DNA of 64,000 nucleotides from Plasmodiophora brassicae (Eukaryota): NCBI GenBank assembly GCA_036867785.1, contig CP145412.1, positions 1,054,001 to 1,118,000 of the forward strand, read 5' to 3'. Shown piece by piece: positions 51,801 to 64,000 of this stretch (position 1 is its first letter; each line of letters starts with the position of its first letter). The notes under the pieces were generated by a model. It saw only the letters and a program-made list of their open reading frames with translations, ran no database searches and was not told where the DNA came from. The position numbers and the translations under genes were made by a program.

Positions 51801-54800
51801 CGGCTACGTGTGAACCGTCTCCTTCAGCAATGGTTGGCCCGTCAGCAGGACCTAACGATACCTCCGACTGTGAAGATATCAATCGCCATAGATGATGTTT
51901 GTGGACCTGTAATCAGGCCATCCGCGAACTGGATCGTCGAGGCCCTTTGGCAGAATTTACATCATGAAATCCTGACCATATCTGGTATCCGGCGCCTGTC
52001 TATGGTCGAGCCATTTGGGAGCTCCATCTTTGAATGCAATTCAGAAGCGCCAGAACGGCTCAGGGAATGCGTCGCGGAAATCTGGTCGTTTTCGACATTG
52101 TCGTTCACATTCGCTCGGCAGTGGCTAAGTGTCAAGAAGCTCTGGGATTTGGACATGGTTTCGTTTTGCTCAACTATTGGATCCTTGTCTGATTGCTATC
52201 AGTTGATCCAGGATATTGAACGTCAAAAGGCATCTATGTTCAGCAGCGAACCTGGAAAGGGTACTGTTCGGCGGTTTGGTCCAGTTTCAGTTGACTGTAC
52301 GATCATGTCGACAAAGGCAACGGAGCGATTTGCTGCATTGGGCAAGCTCTTGCGACAACGTCTTGCCGTACTCCTTGAATCACATATTGCGAAGGACTTG
52401 GCCCAGCTTTCATCCACCCGATACGAGGTGGAAGCTTCCAATATCGAGTCTCGGGAGAATCGCGACATTTCGTCAGCGATATGTGCAATTACGAAAGCGG
52501 AGGCGTCTCTTCCCAGGTGGCAGTCTAGTGTTGAAGTGTCTGTGCAATGCATCACCTTCCTTGGGTCATCGTTCCTGGAGACATCCACTCCAGTCGAGCA
52601 ACTCCGATCAGAACTTGACGCTCTTCGCCAAATCGTTGAGAAGCGCGTGTCCCAGATAAAGCGGCTCTCACATTCCCTAGCCGCTCGCGCTGTCGCTGAA
52701 AGTCATATTCTTTTTGGTATTCTTGAGCACTCGCAATATTATTGCAATTAAACTAACTTGAACAACAGGCGCTGTCGACTCACTTTCCAAAGAGTGGGAG
52801 GCTCAACGGCCCATCGATGGTGATCGTAATGCTTCGGAATCGCTGGGTGTTCTCCAGTTGTTTGATTCGCGAGTCACCTCCCTTAAATTTCAGCTGATTG
52901 ATCTGCATTCCTGCATGTCGTCGCTATTGGTGTACAACGCACCGTCAGACATGGTAACGGCTCGCCCAGTATCCTCGATTTTGATTACTGAATCGTCGCA
53001 GGATCACGAACTCGGTGATCGATATGCGACGTGCCAGGACTCGCTCAAAGTAATCTGTGATGAAATCAAGGGCCTCCGCGACATGTGGGAATCTCTTTCT
53101 CCAGTCTGGCTCGAGATAAATGGCCTCGAAAATAGCAAACTTAGTGATGCAGGTTCGTTTGCGACCTTTATGGTTTACGCTGAATGCGTACAGATCATTT
53201 CAAATTTGTTGTAGAGTTCCCCATTCGACGCACTCTCGAATCTATACAAGCGACCCTCCGATCTATGCCGAACGTTATCAGGCGTTACGATGCTCATTCG
53301 TTCCTTCTAAAGCGCGTCGAACAATGCCTAGAAGTTAATCCCGTTGTTCTGGAGCTTCAGTCTCCTGAACTGCGTTCATCCCACCATCGTCAACTTGCGA
53401 ATTTGCTCTTTGGGGACAGTACCGGAGTTACTCTATGGGATCAGCTGAGGCTTGCAGACATCTGGTCTTGTGCCTCTTCACTCCGAAAGCACCGCGACAC
53501 CATTCACTCCATTGTTGAACAAGCCCAAGGGGAGCAGTCTTTGGTAACATATTGCGACCAGAATCGCTTGTCATACTGATTCGATGTGTTGTGGTCCAGG
53601 CACGATGCCTTAATGAAATGAGAACAGACCTGCAATTGCTCCAGGTTGAAGTCGCTGACGACATGATATGCAATGTCCATGAGATAATGCAAGTCATCAA
53701 TGAGCATTCCGCTAAACTAGCATCCATGAGACATTCACGATATTTCCCTTTCGTCGAGCAGGCTGTTTCAGAGCTGCAAAGTACTCTAAACCAGATCGAC
53801 AACCTTTTCGAGGTATGGATTTGTTCTGGACAGGTATGGCAACTGATCAACCGTTTCGATGGTGCAGATTTGGGCCAGCGTGCAAAAACGATGGAAAAAT
53901 TTGTCCACCAGTCTTCGAAGCGTTCAAATTGGCAAGCAACTTGCTGGTGGCCATGCCCGTAACTTTGCTGCCTTGGACACAGAGTACCGCAGGCTTGTCC
54001 ATCAACTCTCAGAAAATACTCATGTTACGTCCATGGTTCTGTTTCCGATTGGTTTATGAATATCATAGACACTTATTGTTCCTTCTGAAGGTTGTGAACG
54101 GACATCAAACAGCTGTACGATTTGAGTCTATGCAAGCGTCCATGGACACGATTCAGTCCGCTCTATCCGAGTTCCTAGACGACCAGCGCTCTGCCTTTCC
54201 TCGGCTCTATTTTGTCGGAGACACAGATTTGCTGGAAATGCTTGCAAATGCACACAGGCCTGAGAGCGCTATTCCTCACCTTAGCAAAATGTTCGCTGGA
54301 ATATCCTCTCTCTTGTGGAGCGTAAGTTCCATGAACTGCTTTTACGGCTCTTTCTTACCCATTATAGTTGGAGCCGAACACGCAGACCCGCTTGTCAGTT
54401 ACGGCAATGGTGTCCGGCTCAGGTGAAAGTGTAGAGTTCAAGGCACCTGTCACTATCGGACCTTCAACGACGTTGCAGTCCTGGCTGTCACGAGTTGAGC
54501 AGGAAATGCGCCACACACTGTCATCTTTACTGGTAAGTCTTTGAACTGAAAGCTCAGTCTTCAGCTCTGACATTTATCAAGGCCTGTGCTATTTCAACAT
54601 TTACTGGTCCAGACATATCCATGGGACTAATGGACTGGGTTGCGAGGTATCCTTGCCAGATATTGTTGCTCGCGATCCAAGTAGGTGTTCGTTTCACACC
54701 TGCTGCCTCCGTTTTACAGAACTGCATCCTTTGCTGTAGGTAATATGGACGAATCGTTTGGAACGGGTGATGTCTTCTTCCTCTGAGGAAATTTCTGGCG

Positions 54801-57800
54801 TTTGCTCTGAATTCGATTGTTTAATCGCTTCACTGAGCGCATCGATCGGTGGCTGTCGGAGCACTCAAAAGATTCGCAAAATTGAGCACCTCCTCCAAAC
54901 ATGCGTACGCTTACGAGATATTCTAGAGTCCCTGTCAGGCCTTAATGGTATGCTTTGTTTCATATCGTTACGTTTGAGGCAGACAATGTAATTTCGCCCC
55001 TCGTTTAGGCTCAGAATTGTCATGGAGGCACCTAGCGTCAATGCGGATGTACCTCGACGACAAAGGACAGCTTGAAGTGCGCATGGCGCACTGCTGTTTC
55101 TCGCATGGCTTCGAGTACATTGGGCCTACAGATGGTTACGTTCGATCCGAAGTATCGGACAAGATATTCGTTTCTTTCCTGCAGTCAATCAGGTGTGGCT
55201 TCGGATCATCCCCGTTCGGACCGGCCGGTACTGGAAAGACAGAAACGGTTGGTCGTAACGTTATACTCCTATGTCGGTACTTAACTCATTGAGGGACCAC
55301 AGGTGAAAGCTGTCGGGAGCTTGCTGGGACGGCATGTTATAGTCTTCAACTGTGACGAATCTTTTGATGTCCAGTCGATGTGTCGGATATTGACCGGCCT
55401 CTCACTGAGCGGTGCTTGGGGTTGCTTCGATGAGTTCAATCGGTAAGTTAAATGCCACGTTTCGCATAATGCCCACACAACCTGTTGAAGTTTTCTCTAG
55501 ACTGGATCCTCGTGCTATGTCATCTGTAGCGGATCACATTGAATCTATTCAGCATGCCCTGCGTAACAATCAGCAGGAAGTTTCACTCAGCAAGAAGATC
55601 ATTCTCAGTCGCAACGTTGCAATCTTCATAACAATGAACCCGACCTATGAAGGAAGAAGGCGCTTGCCAGAAAACCTTAAATCCCTGTTCCGCGATGTCT
55701 CCCTTAGTTCTCCTGACGTTGCGACCATTGCCAAGGTCTGCTGAATTGCAGTGACTCTCCTCAAGTCCATTGTCTGAATGCGTTTCGCTACAGGTTACGC
55801 TCTTTTCGCAAGGCTTCCAGAATTCCTCCGCTGTGGTTCCCAGTCTCTGTGAATTGTTTTCCCTGTGCTCTTTGCAGCTATCGAAACAGGTGTGGCTACT
55901 GGTTCAGCACTCTGGCTCCCGTTGACATATCCTAGGTCCACTATGATTTCGGGCTTCGAGCCCTAAAAGCTGTCCTTCGATCTGCAGGCGCGCTCCTGCG
56001 CTCTATCTGTAGCGATGTTTTAGGCGCCCGCTTTGAAGATGAGGTTCGGACGCTTCTTCACAGTATTACCAGAACTGTGCTACCCAAGTTGACGCGTGAC
56101 GATGCGCCCTGCTTCAATCGGCTTCTCCGCTCTGTCCTTCCAGATACCTCGAAATTACCTGGTATCTCGAACCATTGCTGGTCTGACGCTATCTCTAATA
56201 CCTTTCTGTTCAAAAGCTCTCTCTATCTCTGAGCCGCTTAGCGGTCATATGTCTACTGCACTTACGAAACTGCATTTAGATTGCGAAGCGAATTGGGTTG
56301 GCAAGTTCAAACAACTGTAATAAGTCGTATCCCTGACAGGAAGCATCGTTGTTTGACTCGCTGATTCAACTTAGTTCGTACCTTTATGACCTGTACAGTG
56401 GAATCGTTATTCTTGGTCCTCCAGGTTCTGGAAAATCAACTTTACTCCGGTCGTTGCGAGAAGCTTTGTCCTGCAGTCAGACATCCGTTGTGCTTCATGT
56501 TATATCGCCGAAATCTCAGCAGAAGTCGGCCCTTTTCGGGAGCATGAATCCAATTACTTTGACTTGGAGTGACGGTGGGAAAATGGATATCGGTGAATCC
56601 TTGCAACTTTGTTCATCATCCTTTCTAGGTCTGTTCACTGCGGCGCTTCGAGAAATCAGCACCGAAAAGGATACTGGCGTTCAGCACTGGATAGTTTTTG
56701 ATGGTGATATAGATCCAGTATGGGCTGAAAACATGAACACATTGCTGGACGACTCCAAGCTTCTTTCACTTCCTTCCGGTCAGTTTGATGTTGATGTCTG
56801 ATACCTCGGCGTTGACATATGGGTTTTCTCTTTATAGGAGAACGCCTCAAACTTCCTGATAACGTGCACATATTCTTTGAAGTTGACAATTTACTTCATG
56901 CAACCCCAGCTACGATCACCCGCTGTGGTATGTTGCATGTTGATGGAGGGACCATTAGCCATGCAATGCGAATTTCGCGATTGATATCGCAACTTCGAGA
57001 GGTTTGTCACGACTGTTCAGAACATTCAACGGATTTCTGACTTTCATCAGGTACCAAATCTCCCAATTGAGCTTGTCGACGTTATTGAACGTCATCTTGG
57101 GTTGGCTGCCCTGTCGATGGCGTGGCTGGAGACTAATCCTCACGCCGACGTTATGGGGTCCTGCTGTGTCCGTGCAATGACGTCTCTGGAGCGTCTGCTT
57201 TTCTCGTTCTTGACAAATGCTCACGTTGCGTCACCTCTGCGTTGTTCCTGTGTTAACTGCGAAGCTTATTGAGCCATCTAGGTGGGACCGCACGCAAACG
57301 CGGATAACGTTGAGCGAATGGGCCGTCGAGCCCTAATTCACTGTCTCATATGGGCTTTCTCAAGCGGCATGCCACAAGAACAGCGTCATCGATTCATTGA
57401 CTTTATTGCCGGACACCCAGAGTCAACGCCACTTGTCAGTTGCCACTAACTCGTTGCTGCAGCCTTCAGTTCATCTAATCGTTTTGTGTTCAGGCTAAGG
57501 AATGGCCTCAAAGTAACGGGACGACTGACCCTCGGAGAACGCCATACGTGGATATCTCTCCTATTGACGGCGACTGGATACCTGCTGAAGATTGTCTGCC
57601 CGATCCTGATCTAGCGTGCGAAGATATATTACAAGGAGATGGAGTCGTTATAGAAACTGTCGAAACATATCAACATTCAACGCTGTGCCGCTCGTGGATC
57701 AAGGCCAAAACATCTTTTATTTTGGTTTGCACCAGTTGCAGGTTCCATTGCACGATCATTGCTTACGTCAACATCTAGTGTGGACCTCCTGGATCCGGCA

Positions 57801-60800
57801 AAACAATGACGATCAAAGCAGCACTGTCCAATCTCAATGTCCAATTGGTGCACCTTGCGTTCTCTAGCTCTACTACGCCTGAGAGCATCATCAAGGTTCT
57901 TCGAGAGCAATGCACCCTCGAACGGTCGTCGATAGACAGTACGTCTAAGGTATGTGTCCCGATGAACCGTTTGCGAACACCTAATGCTTATGTGAGCTGA
58001 TCTCAGTTTGTATTGCATCCTGCTGCCGATCCTGCGTCTACGGTTCTTCTCTTCTGTGATGAGATAAACCTACCTGCCCCAGATGCTTTCGGCTCCCAGC
58101 CAGCTCTTTGCCTACTTCGCCAACTAATCGAACATGGTAATGAGTGACGCCTGGATTATCTTGTTTAAAACTAATGGTGATGTGCTATAGGTGTGTTCTG
58201 GGATTCATCCCTGAAGTCATTTGTGCATTTGCATAACGTTGTTGTTGTTGGCGCGTGCAATCCTGTAGGCGATGCGTCTCGGTATGCATTACCTAGACGT
58301 CTCCTTCGTCATTGCCCTGTCCTCTTTGTTGATGTCCCTAATACCGATTCACTCGTCCGCATATACTCCAGCTATGTGCGGGTACTGGTTTCACCTTTTA
58401 GGTGGAGGGTTTTATTTTAAGCTTACCTTAGGTCGCCCTTCGCATTCATCCTGGGCTGTTATCAGAAAGCTTCGCAGTTGCTCGTGCAATGATAGATGTC
58501 TTCGAGTTCTGCCAGAGCGAGTTCTCTACCGCAATGGCAGATCATCCTCACTACGTTGTATGTGGGTTTGTTTTCAAAACATCGTTATTATTCTCAGCGC
58601 CAGCTTCCAGGTTTCACCAAGAGACTTGTCCAGATGGGTACGATCAGTTCTGACTGCAATGATACGAAATTCAGGCACAAAGGCTGCGATAAGTACTCTT
58701 CCGGGTTTCATCCAGCTTTGGTTCCACGAGGGTAGGTAATTAGCTCTAGAACGCTATCGTACAATCCACCTATGTGTACAGGTATGCGCGTCTTTGGTGA
58801 TCGACTCGTTGACGATGAATCTCGAGGCGCGCTTCACAAGACCTTTACGGCTGTTGTCCAGCGCCATTTCTGCGGCCTGAATGAGGTGACCATGAGCACC
58901 ACGGATGTAACGTATCCGGTAATGATGCAGTTTAGGCCGAACGATCCAGCTGCCTTCAGCAACAATCTTTCTTCACTTCCCTGCTGTCTGAAGCGTATGA
59001 GCCGACGTCTCGCGCACACGTTCGAGAAGTACTGGAAACCAAACTGGCCATATTCCGTGAAGACGTTGTGGATATTCATCTTGTCTTGTCAGTAAGACAA
59101 CCCGGGATTAATGACATACTTTAACACGCCCTAGGTTTGACGACGTGGTTGATCACGTGCTACGCATTAGCCGAGTCTTGATGCAACCACTCGGCCATTT
59201 GCTTCTTATTGGGGCTTCTGGAGCAGGCAGTAAGGCATTACTATTGCGAACCCTTGCGCTTGCCCCTAAACATCCTTGCTAGAAACGATTCTGACTCGTT
59301 TTACTTGCTGGCTGCACGATATCGAGGTCATTCAAATCAAGCTGCACGGGCAGTATGGCGTGGGAGACTTCTCCCGTGACCTTCGGTCTGTTCTGGTCTG
59401 TGCCGCTTCAAAACCTGTCGCTTTCGTCTTCGATGAATCAAATGCACTTGACTCTGGATTCCTGGAGATGATCAATTCATTGTTGGCGAGCGGGGAGGTA
59501 ACTTCTGAATTCCGTGGTCGTTTACCTTGTACTAATTCCGCAGGTTCCGGGTCTCTTCGATCAACACGAGCGCGCTTTACTGATCCAGAACTGCCGAAGC
59601 CTTGTGAACTCAGTTGATCCGGTTGGGGCGTATGTAGCGTTACTCGGTTCCAAGGTTTGACACCTTGCAATAGGACTCGGGCGTTCGGGACTATGATGAT
59701 GATTCAACGATATATTCGTGGTTCCGTGGACAAGTTCAACGCAATTTGCATGTGGTCTTTACCATTAACCCGGCGAACGACGATTACTGTAATCGAAAAG
59801 CCACGTCTCCAGCGCTTTTCAATCGGTGTATCATAGATTGGATCGGTAAACGTTTGCGATCCTATAGCCAACATGCAACGCGTTTATTTCAACTGCTAGG
59901 AGACTGGTCGTCGCATTCGCTGCACGAACTTAGTGCAACATTGATCTCCCCTAAGCTAGGCTCGTTTGCTGACGCTGAGGTGTTAGACGACTTAACGGTG
60001 ACTGCCCTCGGTCGATTTGCGCCAAGTGTAAAGTAACTTCTGGCCACAGAGATCTTTAGTCGCTGTCCATACAGTCGTCGCGGACACATGTGAACGCCTC
60101 CGGCGCGCTGAGCACCGCCGTTTTACCTACGTGACGCCCCGTCATTTCCTGGATTTGATTGATCATGTTTGCGCATTCGCGCAACAACGGCGTCAAGAGC
60201 TTGTCGAAGGTTCCAGTGCTGCAATGTTTAAACTGCTGTCTCTGAATTGCTTCGTCATGCAGAGAAAGAGCATCGGTTGACAGGTCTAACGAAACTCGTG
60301 GAAGCTGAAGAGTCAATCGCTGCAATGCAAATCGAGCTTGGGAAACACAAGGCAGAGCTTGAATGTCGTCAGGCCGCCGCTAGTACAACCCTGGAGCGAG
60401 TCATGAAGGAACAGGCGTCTGCTGAGCTCAAACGGGATGAAGCATGTAGAACCGCCCGAGCTCTGGAGGCTCGTCGTGCTGAAATAAGTGAAAGGACGTC
60501 TGCAGTCAAGGTTGGCAATTTAGGGTATTTATTCAAGCACCGCATTTTATTCAAAGTCTCCTCCTGATAGGGGGATCTTGACCGCATTGAGCCGTTGCTT
60601 CGGGAGGCTAGAGAAGCCGTTCAGGGCATTGGGAAACCATCGCTGGACGAAATTCGAGCATTCAGGTAGCCCAATCTGTGCTTTACCTATTGTAGTTTAA
60701 CGTGCTCTTATTCAGTAATCCTCCCGCTGCTGTAAAGATGGCGCTTGAACCTACTATGATACTTTTGGGCCTTCCGATCGGAATGACATGGACTGACATT

Positions 60801-63800
60801 CGCCGAGCACTGAGGCGGCCCGACTTCATCACTTCCGTTTTGCAGTTTGACTCGAGCTCGGTGACGGATGAGATGCGTGCCGTCATTACCGACCGATACG
60901 CGAGTAACCCGGGTTTCACTTATGAGGTCTTTGTTTTAATGCCGCATGCGAGACTGTCGCTGACGATGCTCAGATTGTCAATCGTGCAAGCACTGCATGC
61001 GGACCGTTAGTAAAATGGGTAAAGTCACAGCTGGAATATTCGAAAATCTTGCAGTCGGTGGCCCCAATGAAGGCGGAGGTAACGAAGGGATACACCGTCG
61101 CGATATCCTCGTCGTAGTCAATGATGGTCTCAGATTGCTGTACTGGCCGCTGACGAGGAACAACTTGCCGCAAGGCACAAGGCGTCCTGTGAAGATTTGG
61201 AGGCTATGGACGAAGAGATTTCCAAACTGAAGGCGCATTATGCGGAGCTGGTAGTGGGTGTTGAATCCATCAAGGCCGACATGGATCGAGTGTTGACCAG
61301 AATCAACAACTCGACCCGGATGCGTACGTGCGCGTGTCAGTGGTCCTAATTGGCTGCAGCTGATTGCCATTGCTTGGGTCTATGTAGTCTCTGGTCTGAG
61401 CCTTGAGCAATCGCGGTGGCGATCTGCATCCGATGACACAAGCGACCTCTTTGAAACACTGCTTGGAGATGCGATTCTTGCAGCCGCATTTCTGACTTAT
61501 GCTGGGTACTTTGACAGCGCCGGACGCCAAACACTGGTTGATCGCTGGGCATCTGCCATCAGACTGCCTCTACGAACCGAGGTTCCATGTTATCAGGTAG
61601 TTTCATCTGATCGCAGGGTTCACAGTCATGCTGACACTTCGTTTTGCATAGATATTGTCAAATCTGGAGCAACGGTTGAACTGGGCTGCGAACGGGTGCC
61701 TGGATGATGTCCATTCTATTGAGAACGCAATTCTCCTTGACCGTTGCCGTCGGTACCCGTTACTTATTGACCCGTCTGAGCAAGGGACACGCTTCGTAGC
61801 GTTAAAGTGAGCGTATCTCATACGTACGAATGTCGCGTGGTAATTTGAGCAATTAGGTATCGCAACCTTCAACGTACTCGATTCCGAAACACTGCTTTCG
61901 TCAAGATTCTAGAAAACTGTTTACGTTTCGGCCACGTTCTTCTGATTGAAGACGTGGAACACATCGATCCAATCTTAAATCCTCTCCTCAACCACGAGAT
62001 TCAGCATGCTGGCGGCCGCAGCGTTGTCCGTGTGGGGTGCAAAGACATCGACGTTGCCCCATCATTTTACCTGGTGATGGCTACTCGCGATCCGGCTGCA
62101 CGGTTTACTCCAGGTACCTTATCGACCGGTTCCCTTTATCGTTGCTCCCATTCATTTATCGTTAGATTTGTGCTCTCGCGTTACGTTTGTTAATTACAGC
62201 GTCTCCAAGGCAAGCATATCTTTGCAGTTGGGCAGCGACATCTTGCTGGCTCGAGAACCGGAAATATTTAGTCGGCGGCAAACGCTTGAACGAAAACAAG
62301 TTGAAGGAAATGCCCGAATGCAATCGCTGGAACGAACCCTGCTAGCTAGGATCGCTGCGTCTTCACCGCAGCTAACCGAAGGAAACAGCATATTGGATGA
62401 TGCCGATCTCGTTGCTGCAATCGAGAACATTCAAAGTGAAGCGAACGAGTGCAGCGCTGTTCTACATGAGACGAATGCGCTTCTGAAAGAGTCGGACGAC
62501 GTTGCTTCCGCCGTTGTTCCTACTGCAAGTCTAGTTGCCGAGATTCACGCCTTGCTTCAGCGAATGCCACGGTACTACCTGCGTCTAGCTTAGCTGTAGC
62601 CGCTGATTGCAGGTTGTACAGTTTGTTGAATCTGTACCAGTTTACTCTGTCGCAGCTCTCTTCAATCGTTGATCATGTTCTGTCATTGGCGATCTCGAAG
62701 AAGTGTCCAGTCTCACAGCTGAGTTCATATGTTGCCAGATTTGTGTATGTTGCACTGTCAGCGTCACTCCGCAGGGTATGGATATGTTAACTGATGCGTT
62801 GCGACATGCCGATTTGGCTAAATGACCGTCTTAGAGTGACCGGTATGCTTTTGCCTTTGCATTGGCGCTGACGCTTCGAACTGATCATGCTCGGTTGTTC
62901 CATGAAGTCCAGGTACCTTTTATCATGTTCCTCGTTTCCAGATGACAGTAACCATGGCCGTTTTTACAGTCATTACTCGAGGGTGCTTCGACCGACTCGG
63001 GCGCCCTGCTTCGCGTGCCTCACTTCAGGTCCTTGTCTCAACCCAACCAGGGTGTCGATACCATCCCGCAACCGAATGATTCATTTGACCGCCTTATTCT
63101 CGATGCCTTCGATAATCGTGATAATCTCATGTTGTCTCTGCACGCCTACTGTGAAGACGTTCTTGGTTGGTTGTTCATCCGACTAGATCCCATCTTGCAT
63201 CTGACGTGCCACCTGCTCAGGTGCCGGGGTGATCTCTGAAGCTCCGTTTCTCCTGCAGGGACCTACAATGATTCTCTCAACACCTGGGCACGATATTCGT
63301 TCGATGGTCTTGCAGTATGCCAGCTCTGTTCAGACTGTCACTATTGGCTCGAAGGCTTCTTACGATGAAGCCTTGCACGCTGTGCGACACCTTCCGCAAA
63401 GCGATGGCCATTCGCTTCTCCTTCTTAACATCCATCTGGGGACCCCATCTTTCATGTGCCAGCTTGAGACCGCGCTTCACGACCTCGCGCAAACGCAGCG
63501 AAATATCTTCCTCTGCGCCGAACTGGGCGCTTCTGAATCACTTCCCGTCAGCAGACCTCAGGTCCAGTCCATGTTTACTGTGCTTACAGATCCATTATAG
63601 GATACTCTCGTCCGTTCGTGCAACCTGCTTGTTGCTGAGGCAGAACCTGGCGTGATTCCCGCTGTTCGCGCTGCCTGGAAATCAATTATCAAGCAGCGTT
63701 ACGAGCGAATGTCACGCTCGCGCAGTCTTCCACGCCTGTACTTCCTTTGCGCATGGCTGCATGCTTTGGTAGCGCCTTTTCATTGGTTCACGCGTCATCA

Positions 63801-64000
63801 GCTAACAGTACTGCCCTACAGATTGTCGAGCGCCTAGCTTACGTCCCTGTCGGATGGATTCAGTCGTATAGTTTCAGCTTTGTCGATCTGAATTGCGGTA
63901 AGGATTTCGGTCGTCGAGCCGTTCCCGAGGAACGCCCGATGACGTTGTTGTGCCGTCGTGTAGGACTTGATGTCATCGACCAGTGCACAGAAAGGGAAGT
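48858..64000 (+). CDS. DYNC1H1: Cytoplasmic dynein-1 heavy chain, divergent, intron-rich; runs off the window end within AAA6
   Basis: EIHFW tail motif, FPRLYFVG linker, P1 [17 protein letters not shown]2 GPPGSGKS, P3 [21 protein letters not shown]4 GASGAGKT (spliced), [24 protein letters not shown]...[17 protein letters not shown]5 [12 protein letters not shown]. Confidence 0.92.

Noticed and set aside
48858-64000. Fragmented ORFs suggesting the dynein (or MCM5, CBS) is a pseudogene
   Set aside because: The breaks checked coincide with short GT-AG introns, and motifs rejoin in frame, e.g. GASGAG|KT.

Overview
Gene-dense, GC-rich eukaryotic DNA with many short (~45-65 nt) GT-AG introns and very short intergenic spacers. 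This style, plus a secreted ankyrin protein, suggests a plasmodiophorid protist such as Plasmodiophora brassicae (inference only). Recognisable genes: NTE1/PNPLA6-like (partial), an F-box/kelch-like protein, an OSR1/SPAK-type STE20 kinase, cystathionine beta-synthase, a CDPK-like kinase, MCM5, NF-YB, a miniature MAD1, ubinuclein/HPC2, a LigB/DOPA-dioxygenase, a secreted ankyrin protein, an FBXO7-like F-box protein, a GH38 alpha-mannosidase, a DEAD-box pseudo-helicase, an aldonolactone oxidoreductase, SAS-6 and a divergent cytoplasmic dynein-1 heavy chain that runs off the end. The most striking structure is a 5.2-kb hAT transposon (28453-33627) with 16-bp TIRs, an 8-bp TSD, subterminal TATGA repeats, a BED finger and a dimerisation domain. 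Its interior is occupied by an intron-containing Crypton-type tyrosine recombinase gene plus a complex inverted duplication that fuses recombinase and hAT pieces. Other highlights: a ~300-bp near-palindrome filling the MCM5/NF-YB convergent spacer, with an 11-bp direct repeat showing how it rewrote the NF-YB stop; a ~230-aa MAD1 lacking the N-terminal coiled coil and RLK motif; a DEAD-box protein with all catalytic motifs substituted; and two unrelated signal-peptide proteins sharing a triple hydrophobic/basic C-terminal tail. Exon boundaries were read by eye and are approximate. No database searches were run.
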